A DNA stretch of 64,000 nt from Lama guanicoe (Eukaryota). The notes beneath the pieces were generated by a model, which saw nothing but the letters and a program-made list of their open reading frames with translations, made no database searches and was not told where the DNA came from. The first letter of the stretch is position 1. The number at the start of each line of letters is the position of its first letter. Where the stretch lies: NCBI GenBank assembly GCA_013239625.1, contig MU055937.1:1054001-1118000 (forward strand). Reading direction: 5' to 3'. Positions 1 through 9,143 of the stretch are shown piece after piece. The translations under genes and the position numbers were made by a program.

Positions 1-2
1 GA

Positions 3-11
3 ATGAATTGA
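3..11 (+). promoter_or_regulatory. minimal upstream ORF ATG-AAT-TGA (M-N-stop)
   Basis: Read directly at 3-11; the stop overlaps the next ATG (TGATG). Confidence 0.6.
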
Positions 12-109
12 TGGGCACACTCCAACTGCTGGGCTGGAGAGACTGGACTTGGTCTTGCCATTTCTGCTTCTTTGAAAAAGGAGACAACTTGGGCTTCCTT
101 TTAATTTAG
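11..109 (+). promoter_or_regulatory. 32-codon upstream ORF (MGTLQLLGWRDWTWSCHFCFFEKGDNLGFLLI*)
   Basis: ATG 11-13 with G at +4, open to TAG 107-109. DIO2 5'UTRs are known to carry inhibitory short ORFs. Confidence 0.55.
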
Positions 110-168
110 TTTTTCTCCTTCTCCCCCACCCCCAGCCTTCCACCCTTACCCCCCCACCCCCTCTATCA

Positions 169-332
169 NNNNNNNNNNNNNNNNNNNNNNNNNNNNNNNN
201 NNNNNNNNNNNNNNNNNNNNNNNNNNNNNNNNNNNNNNNNNNNNNNNNNNNNNNNNNNNNNNNNNNNNNNNNNNNNNNNNNNNNNNNNNNNNNNNNNNNN
301 NNNNNNNNNNNNNNNNNNNNNNNNNNNNNNNN
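169..332. other. assembly gap (164 N) covering the DIO2 start codon and first ~30 codons
   Basis: Run of N. Confidence 0.99.
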
Positions 333-463
333 TCATTCTCCTCAAGCACGTGGTGCTGCTGCTGAGCCGCTCCAAGTCCACTCGCGGGGAGTGGAGGCGC
401 ATGCTGACCTCAGAGGGAATGCGCTGCATCTGGAAGAGCTTCCTCCTCGATGCCTACAAACAG
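333..463 (+). CDS. DIO2: type II iodothyronine deiodinase, coding exon 1 (5' part lost in gap)
   Basis: Translates ILLKHVVLLLSRSKSTRGEWRRMLTSEGMRCIWKSFLLDAYKQ, matching mammalian DIO2 residues ~32-74. Ends at phase-0 donor CAG|GTGAGC (463/464). Confidence 0.98.
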
Positions 464-2369
464 GTGAGCTGCACCCAGAGGGGCTTCTCCGCAGGGCAGC
501 GGGGCAGAGGCAGGGGTGTCTGGGGCTGGAGGCCAGCAGGGGCACTGCGGGGAGCATTGTGGAGCCCTGTTCTGTGGTCATGCTCAAGTGAGCTCCTGTG
601 TTTACTCTCTACACCTGCAATACCAGTTAGATTTGGGGATGACAGGTATTAAGCCATAATGACTCTGTGGGACCGAAGAAGGAGTCTTTCTAATAAGGGT
701 CATTAATGTCTGGCTCTGGTTTTGGAGGAGAAGGGTGTTTGTGTCTGTAGAACAACTTTGGGAGAAGTCAGAAAATGCTGGGGGAGGGCAGACTGCTACA
801 TGTATCCTGCTCCTGTCATAGGCTGGCATTTGGATGTTTTGCTGGATGAGCGGCTATGTGAGGTGCCTGCTTTAGGAAAGACAGTTCAGTGGTTAGGCAC
901 TAAAAAAGCAAGGAAAAATAAAAACACCACTCAGAACTCTCAGGGAGTTCACAAGATTTAACAAAACGGTCACAGCAGGTGTGATTTGGCATAATCGCTG
1001 CTTGTTTCCGGTAGAAGTAAGAGTTAATGAAAACAAGTCTGCGTGCGCTGTCATCCTCTACCCTGATTCGAATCGGAACCTTTTGAAGCAGTTATTAGGC
1101 ACTAAGTCCCTGTTACTAGTTATCAGTTTGCAACAGAAAGATCTAAGAACCGGCTGTCAGAAATCCAGACTTTGTTAAGGAAACCACGTTTGCTTTGTTT
1201 CTCAAAAGTTAAGTAAGTTGTCTTAAAGAGCAGATAAGTCTATGGTTTATGACAACCTCAAAGCTGTTATAATTCGTGCCTGGAACACTGGAGCAGTCAC
1301 CACACTTACTTGTGGAAGTCAGGTCCCGGGGGCTGGTCTCTCAAAACCAGAGCTGGTGATCTTTGTTTCTAAGTGAAGAATACTGCTTGGTGATGGTGGA
1401 GCATCTTTAACGCAGATCTTAAAGGGCAAAGAGGAAAAGGCAGTGGTTCTTTGTCAGTTTGCTCCCTCGCTCTCCACCCATATGACTCCTGAGGGTCCCT
1501 GGGTTTAGGAAGAATTGACTCATTTGGCAAAAACTACTATCAAAGCAAGCATTCTCGGTTTTCCCTAACAGCACTGAGGGACCTTGCCTGAGATGCCAGG
1601 GAAGAGAGCTTGAGAGGAATATGGAAGCCAATGAAGTGGTAGGCTATACGCAGGCTGAGCCTCAGAAACGGAGCCGGAAAACTCAGATAAGAGGGGGAAG
1701 GGAATGAGTCCTCCGTAAATAAACGCTAGAAAAATAAACCTATGCACCAGGAAAGGAAAAGAAGTAACTTCTAGTAACAAGAACTCCAGACTAGAATCCT
1801 TCCACTGAAAATCTAACAAGTATTCAAAAAGAAGATATTCATTCTGAATTAGGGAAGTTTTACTATATAATGACATGTCTTTACCTTTGAGAGTGACCTG
1901 CAGAAGATTTGCATTTGTTGCCTTAAAGACAGGAGAATTGTAAGAGCTCTTGTTAGTAAGTGAAAACTTCTTTATAATATGAAATGATGTTCAAAGTTCT
2001 AACTTATGATGTACATGGGGTGAATGGGAGATGCAGGAAGGAGATACTGAGATGATCATTTCATTTCCACAAATGTATACAGTGAGGGTGAATTTTTTAT
2101 GTTTTGTTCTGAGGGGTAGAGAATTTGGAGGAGAGTGGAGTGTGCACAGGTATGCCAGGCATATTATTAATTAGGAAGTTTCCTCATCTATATCTGTATT
2201 TCGTAGCTGCTAAGTGATAACTTGCCAATACCAGTTGTTTGATCTCAGCAAATTAAACTTTTCCTTTTTTGAAAGGCAGTTGACTTTTGCCTATAAAAGA
2301 AAAGCCACTGCTTTGGAGAATTTTACTTATATGTATATATATACTCTCACATAAAACATGAGGTTTGTG

Positions 2370-2530
2370 GGAGGAGGGTATAGTTCAGCTGTAGAGCACA
2401 CACACAGCATGCATGAGGTCCTGGGTTCAATCCCCAGGACCTCCATTAAAAAAATAAGTAAATAAAGAAAGAAACCTAATTACTTCTCCCCTTCAAAAAT
2501 AAATAAAATTTAAAAAATAAAAAAAATGTT
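2370..2530 (+). mobile_element. tRNA-derived SINE, camelid Vic-1-like, with 16-bp target-site duplication
   Basis: A-box-like TAGTTCAGCTGTAGA, B-box GGTTCAATCC (2424-2433), A-rich tail. Flanked by AAACATGAGGTTTGTG (2354-2369) and AAACATGAGGGTTGTG (2531-2546). Confidence 0.88.
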
Positions 2531-4694
2531 AAACATGAGGGTTGTGATGTTACCCACAAATATTCAGTAAAGTTGTTTCTCCTATTAAGCAGCTTACTAA
2601 AATTGAAAAGGAAACAAATGCCTCTTTAATAAACTTTATAATTTATTTCCTCATTCATGGACAGTGTTTCATTGTGTTGCAGTATTTTGTTACCTGGGTT
2701 CCGGGAGACTGAGGAGGAGAGTGATTTGTTTTCTGTTTTCGCTCACAGATTGTGTACTCTTCTCCTGTGTTGTTTCTGTCTCCTGATTTGATTAGTGGCC
2801 AAGTTTATGACTGTTGTTACTATGTTTGCCTTTAAAGACTTATATAATAGTTGCCATGAGAAGCAGCACCCTAAGAAGCCATACAGCCAGTGATGAGACT
2901 GGACTGGGTGCATGATGAATGGAAACACGGCTTGCACCGAGTCTAGGTGTCTCCTTCTGCCTCCTAGTATGGCAAGGGTGGTGGTGGTGGCTGTGGTGGC
3001 ATTTGAGGGTCACTCAGAATCCCTGAAACAGGTTGAATCACTGCCCTGAGTGTAATGGTCATCTCTGCCACTGTCTTTGGGTGTAGCCTTTTCTAGAGAC
3101 ACACTGAAGGAGGCTCTGCCTGAGGGGGGCATCCCAGTGTTTCACAGTCCTGACTTGTGTTAGTTCAAGGCTGCCACCCTGTAAGAGGAGGTTTCCAGGA
3201 TGAGGGGTAGGTGCTCATGTGATGTGATACGAGGCATGTCATTTCGAATTCTCCTTGCTGTTGAATGTCAGATAACTGGAAAGATATTTAGAGAAAGTGC
3301 ACTGAAAGTGTCGTCCCTGTCCTTGGCTCCTACAAGAGGCAGCAAAGAAATTAAAACAAATTAAAACAAAACAAAAAATCCTTATCCATTAGAACGTTGA
3401 AGGGGATTTAAAATTAATGTTATAGAGAAGCCTTTAAAGACAGTTTGGGTTTGGTTAGAGGGAGTGCCATGCATGATTCTGATGAAAAAGAACGCCTACA
3501 GAAATCTGTGAGAGATGGAGGTGCATAACAGATGTTTGTTATTTAAGTTTTTCCTGGTCAGTGTCATTGCGTCAAACACTGCATGCTTGTGCTGGTGCAC
3601 GAAGACTCGAAAATACAACCAATAAGCAAGTTTCTCTGTCTGGGAGCCTGGCTCCTACCTAAATGAAGTGTAAAAGTAAACACACGGTATAGATGCTGAC
3701 AAGCAGTTTAGCTTCTACATGGTCAATATTGCTGTGGCACAGAAAACATATTCATTTGAACATATAATTTTGGTTTTGAAAGGGTCTCTTTAACATTCTC
3801 CTCCCCCTCTTCATTCACCTCAGCCTTTTGACACCAGTTTCTACAATGGAAAATGGCCCTTTTAAAAAAGAAACATTCCCAAAAGAACACAAAGAAGGCT
3901 GCAGCCAGAGCTTGTCCATCAGTTGGATAAAACACTGGGAAATGATAGAGCTTAGAGCTATGTTTTCAAATTACAGATCAGAAAGAGAATGGCCAAAAGG
4001 GAACTGAGCTCAGAGGAAAGAGTAGGTGGCTTATCCTTCAACTCCAACTTACTTGGCCAGTTTGAATGTAAATGGTTAAATCGCTGTTTGATAATTGGCA
4101 TATTTGTAAGGACACTGATGTATCCTGGCCATTATGTCAAAGAATTCGAAATTTCTTGATAATAAAGCTATCCCAGGGCTTTGGACAGCAAGAAGGGTAT
4201 GTAAAAATAATTCTGCCACATAACACCCCCACCCCCTAATTTTCTCATTTGCTTTTCTTTCTATCATGAGATTAGATGATATTTTGTCCAGAAGCCTTTC
4301 TCAGGCTATGGAAAAGAAAAAGAGAAAACAAGGTTAGTAGTATATGATCTATTTCCAGCTTCTACTTGATGAATGGTTCTTTCTTTTTTTTTCCCCCTTG
4401 CCCTGCATTTCACAGTCCACATGCTAAAGCAGCATTATCCTTTCCTCTATGTGCTGGAAAGTGTCCATAAAGGGAATCTTATCATCAAGGGAATCGAATA
4501 CATGCCATAAATTTACACTCTTGTTCATATTTATAAGTATGGCTATTGCAACATCTGAGCTTGGCCCAGAGATGTCCTCTGTTGTAAAAATGCAAGCCAT
4601 TTATTTACCTCCCTTGTTGGTGTTGTATTGATGGTGATTACAAAAACATAAGAAAGGACAGCTGTAATAGTGCAGATGAAAGAAATTAAAGTCA

Positions 4695-5149
4695 NNNNNN
4701 NNNNNNNNNNNNNNNNNNNNNNNNNNNNNNNNNNNNNNNNNNNNNNNNNNNNNNNNNNNNNNNNNNNNNNNNNNNNNNNNNNNNNNNNNNNNNNNNNNNN
4801 NNNNNNNNNNNNNNNNNNNNNNNNNNNNNNNNNNNNNNNNNNNNNNNNNNNNNNNNNNNNNNNNNNNNNNNNNNNNNNNNNNNNNNNNNNNNNNNNNNNN
4901 NNNNNNNNNNNNNNNNNNNNNNNNNNNNNNNNNNNNNNNNNNNNNNNNNNNNNNNNNNNNNNNNNNNNNNNNNNNNNNNNNNNNNNNNNNNNNNNNNNNN
5001 NNNNNNNNNNNNNNNNNNNNNNNNNNNNNNNNNNNNNNNNNNNNNNNNNNNNNNNNNNNNNNNNNNNNNNNNNNNNNNNNNNNNNNNNNNNNNNNNNNNN
5101 NNNNNNNNNNNNNNNNNNNNNNNNNNNNNNNNNNNNNNNNNNNNNNNNN
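4695..5149. other. assembly gap (455 N) in the DIO2 intron
   Basis: Run of N. Confidence 0.99.
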
Positions 5150-5404
5150 AAGGAATGCTTTGCTCCTGGGGAAACCAAAGAATCCTCCATCATTGAAGAC
5201 AATGATGATTCTCCCATTCCATCTCAGCAGGGCGCAAAGCTGAGCAAACCAAGAAATTCTCCATTTGAAACCAGTGATAATAGGAATTTAATTTTCGTGG
5301 TGATCAAATGAGAAATGAACAATAGTATCCTTCTAAAAGATTCATTTCTTTCAGTTTAGAGCAGACTTTTCGTTAAAGATTTTTTCTTTATTTCTTTATT
5401 GTTG

Positions 5405-5515
5405 CTAAATTGTCCTCCATCCGCAGTTTTTAGCAAAGATGGACAAATTTTATGATTAGTATATGATACTTACCAAAGCAGACTACTGGGCTGCTCACAC
5501 TTGGACTTCCAAATC
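5405..5515 (+). other. DIO2: homologue of the human DIO2 isoform-b cassette exon with in-frame TGA; canonical splice sites absent
   Basis: Translates LNCPPSAVFSKDGQIL*(TGA 5453-5455)LVYDTYQSRLLGCSHLDFQI, versus the recalled human insert LNCPPSGFSKDGHILULVYEAYKSRLLVYSHLDLWM. Preceded by a pyrimidine tract ending TTG rather than AG. Confidence 0.75.
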
Positions 5516-5925
5516 ATGGCTGTGGGTTTTCCCCTCATAGTTTTTGTCAGTAGACTTGTTCTTACCTGCACATATTATCTGACCTAGTCACCCTTATGAA
5601 CTGGACATCTGTTTATGGACATTCTAATTTGCAGCCAGGTCCTATGGCTGCTCAGCAAAATAAAGAGAACTGGCTCCTTTCATTTTACGCACTGACCAGC
5701 TGAGATAAACAAGAACACCTCAACAGCATTCGGTGCTGACTGAGACACTGCTCTACAGTGGGAGTCCAGGTCTCACTTCGCCTCAGTCAGCTCATCCAGC
5801 ACCCAAATAGGATTCTGTTCATTGCAGGTCAAGGTTATTATTACATGTAAAGTTCTTCACTGACCCCTGCCTAGGATCGTAACAACTGTAACTCATTCAA
5901 TAATTTATTCAACAAAAATTTTAAA

Positions 5926-6040
5926 GTATATATATATAAACACACACACACATATATATGAATTTTTTCCCCAGCTTAACAAAATGCCACCTCCCCCTCT
6001 CCCACTCTGGACCTTAAACACACATACACACACACACACA
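5926..6040. repeat. (TA)n/(CA)n microsatellites
   Basis: TA and CA runs at ~5927-5959 and ~6018-6040. Confidence 0.85.
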
Positions 6041-7939
6041 AAGATCGTTACATATTTGATAACTTTACTAATTTTTGATTTTAGACCAAAGATGTACTTG
6101 TTCTAAATTTTCTAAGGTAAAGTTTTTTTGTTTTTGTTTTTTTACCTTGTAGTCTGTATTTCAAAAAGAATTATGTGGCTGGATTATATACATTGTCACT
6201 AAAGAGAAGGAGAAGGTGTTCCAGCTTTCCAAGAAAATTAATTACAGGTAACAAGAGAGTCACCTGTGACTGAAGTGTCAGATTAGATTATTCAGCTGAA
6301 TAATCAGGAATAATGCAGGGATCAATAGTTCTGCTTGGGTGAGAGTCAGAGCGTCAGAGGCCCATTTTACAAGACGACAGGATTGCTCAGAGCCCTTAAA
6401 ACGACTCCAACACGCACATGGCTGTTTTCACCTACCGAGAACCTACAGGTCTGTAGTCCAGACCTCCCATATGTGTTGCTCACTTAAAGAGAATTTGCTA
6501 CAACAGCTAATGGGTTCAGACTGATCTGAATGCATCCAGATCTTTATATCACAGTATGTTGAGAAACACAGCACAATATTATTAAAAGCAGTCCTCCTAG
6601 AATCATTACTGCTGTTTTAAGTGTGAAAGATCTCACGAGAAGGTGATAATGATGCTACCTACCACCTAAATCCACAAAGAAGTACAAAAACAAGCCATAG
6701 ATTAAAAAACCCTTGCAGTGCCTTTAAAATGTATACCTTTAAATTTCAAGTATAGTTTAAAACCTCAGAGACAATTGTAGCTCATATAAAACAATCCACC
6801 TAAAAGTGGCTTATTAGATTTCTCCATCTAGTGTCACTTGCAACATAACCAAGAAAATTAATATACATTAAATAACTTTCTCTGTGATAGTGACTGAAAA
6901 CAAGTGTACTTATTTAAATCACACCAACAGTTTCATTTTCTAGAAAAGAGGATTGTTCTTCCAAGATTTCTTTTAGAAAATGAACGGTACTTTTTTCAAA
7001 CCAGCCCTGATAGGATATTTCACGAGGGAAAGAAAGGACTTCGATTCTTTCTCTATGGTTAAAATGAGTTATGCATTAACATTAGAGAGAAGCTTCTGAA
7101 TAGAAGCCCTTGAGTATTTTATATCAGTGTGGATTATTGAGTTTTTAACAATTCACTTCTAAGTGACTTCAATTACCAGCAATGTCATATGTGGTAGTAT
7201 TTATATGAGGGGGTGGGGGGGAGTCGATGCAGTTGGAAGTGTTTTATAATATTAAGAATAGTGTATAAGAATCAATTGTGCTGTTGTAAGTTGTCCCTAA
7301 TGTTACTGGCTTTGATAAAACCATTCTAGGGGAAGATCCAATTGTGTTAATTTAAACTGAAGTAATTGGCTCTTTCATGTTTCTTGCTTTTTATTATCAA
7401 TTTACATATTCAAAGACCAGCAAGCTTTCTTTCAGTCTGTGTTCAACCATTTAAACCATGTGCAAAGTGGGCACATGGAAAAATTTTCTTCTATATCTCT
7501 TCTGCCTGAGTATTTTATAATTCAGAGGAACTTGTTTATAAAATGTATGGTAGAAAAGTAAAGGGTTTGTGACTCCCTAGATTAAAAAAAAAGGGGGGGA
7601 ACAAACAAAAAAAACACATGACAAATGAGAAATTAAAAGTAGAATTCTACAAAAAGTAAAATTGTATGTTTTTGTTCATTCATTTGTTTGCTTGTTTAAT
7701 GGAAATGAGATTCTAGTCAAAAGAACCCCAAAGTATGCAGAAGCCATAGAAACAAACCTCCAGGATGGGTGTCACACTGAGGAGAGCTCAAATCACTTCC
7801 AAGAATAATTTTTTTTAAATGTAGAATTGCCCAGGAAAGTGGTGTTCTGTTTCACATGTTTGCATGGCACCCATAACGGCAACCTCCACCCCCGCGGTGC
7901 TTTGTTGTGTAACCAAGAGCTCTTTTCCTTATAGGGGAG

Positions 7940-8040
7940 ATAGGCATTATTGTCACCACTCTACAGATGGGAAAGCCGGAGTCTGGAGAGATTAAGTGGG
8001 AACAGGCCTTCTTATAAATGGTGCACTCCAGGTTTGCTAG
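7940..8040 (-). mobile_element. MIR SINE fragment
   Basis: ATTATTGTCACCACTCTACAGATGGGAAAGCCGGAGTCTGGAGAGATTAAGTG resembles the reverse complement of the MIR core. Confidence 0.6.
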
Positions 8041-8555
8041 TTCTGTGCAGCCCACTAGTATCCTTGTCCAGTGGTTGAGATTAAATGCCTTAGCATCAGG
8101 CAAGAAAATAAAGGTCTTTTCTGAGTATTTTAGAATTCAGAAGTGGGGATTCAGAAAGAGGTACTATGTCCCACAATTCTGATAATTTGTCTTAAAGGGA
8201 CTTTTCAAATGAAGTCAATTGATCATTTGTTACACATTGTGTACAAAGCACTGACACAAAGTGAGGATAGTAAAGAATGCCAGCCTCAACTTAATTAGGA
8301 AGAGAGTCAACATCAGTGCCTTCAATGATGAAAATAATTACATTTAGTGACTAAACAGGATGCAAACGATTTTTATTCCCTTTAAGGCCATTTGTTACCT
8401 GCCATGATGGCTTTCTATTCAAATCAATATGTTTCCAGTGTCCTCTGACAGATACACCACATTTTATTAGAGCCAGTTGTTTCTACATAGAGTGAATTGA
8501 AGTGGCAATGTGTTTAATGTGGTAGTCTCTTCCTCTTTCTTTTTTTCACCACCAG

Positions 8556-9143
8556 GTGAAATTAGGTGAAGATGCCCCCAATTCCAGTGTGGTGCATGTC
8601 TCCAATTCTGAAGGAGGAGACAACAGTGGGGATGGTGCCCAGGAGAAGACAGTTGATGGAACTGAGTGCCACCTTCTTGACTTTGCCAACCCTGAGCGCC
8701 CACTGGTTGTCAACTTCGGCTCAGCCACTTGACCTCCTTTTACCAGCCAGCTGCCAGCCTTCAGCAAACTGGTGGAAGAATTCTCATCAGTGGCGGACTT
8801 CCTGTTGGTCTACATTGATGAGGCTCATCCTTCAGATGGTTGGGCGGTGCCTGGGGATTCTTCTTTGTCTTTTGAGGTGAAGAAGCACCGAAACCAGGAA
8901 GACCGATGTGCAGCAGCCCACCAGCTTCTGGAGCGTTTCTCCTTGCCGCCCCAGTGCCGAGTTGTGGCTGACCGCATGGACGACAATGCCAACGTAGCCT
9001 ATGGGGTGGCCTTCGAACGTGTCTGTATTGTGCAGAGACAGAAAATTGCTTATCTGGGAGGAAAGGGTCCCTTCCACTACAACCTTCAAGAAGTCCGGCG
9101 TTGGCTGGAGAAGAATTTCAGCAAGAGATGAAATCTAGATTAG
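8556..9143 (+). CDS. DIO2: type II iodothyronine deiodinase, coding exon 2 (selenoprotein; UGA=Sec at 8730-8732, second UGA at 9129-9131, TAG stop 9141-9143)
   Basis: VKLGEDAPNSSVVHVS...RPLVVNFGSAT-U-PPF...LLVYIDEAHPSDGW...AYLGGKGPFHYNLQEVRRWLEKNFSKR-U-NLD*. Deiodinase catalytic motifs are intact. 269 aa if both UGAs are decoded, 265 aa if the second terminates. Confidence 0.99.

Larger units (their letters stand above)
1..168 (+). other. DIO2: DIO2 5'UTR (partial, exon 1 upstream of the start codon)
   Basis: Lies immediately upstream of the DIO2 coding frame. If exon 1 codes 74 aa (222 nt) as in other mammals, the ATG falls at ~242, inside the N gap. Confidence 0.8.
464..8555 (+). other. 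DIO2: DIO2 intron (GT-AG, phase 0, ~8.1 kb including a gap)
   Basis: Donor GTGAGC at 464; polypyrimidine tract 8526-8550 and CAG| at 8553-8555. Splicing joins YKQ|VKLGEDAPNS in frame. Confidence 0.97.

Noticed and set aside
464-652. Extension of ORF 350..652 beyond YKQ
   Set aside because: Read-through into the intron past the strong CAG|GTGAGC donor; similarity to DIO2 stops there.
1-2000. DIO2 promoter CRE/TATA and an antisense lncRNA
   Set aside because: The window starts inside the 5'UTR, so the promoter is upstream; antisense exons cannot be supported from sequence alone.
2370-2445. tRNA gene
   Set aside because: Degenerate cloverleaf with an A-rich tail and TSD; it is a SINE head.
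4543-5311. Long 213-224 aa ORFs
   Set aside because: Artefacts of translating through the 455-N gap.
8772-9131. 119-aa ORF as a standalone gene
   Set aside because: It is the post-Sec half of DIO2 exon 2; its 'start' is an internal GTG (Val147).
8556-9143. DIO2 as a pseudogene because of the in-frame TGA at 8730
   Set aside because: The TGA is at the catalytic Sec position, the frame and motifs are intact, and a canonical SECIS is present.
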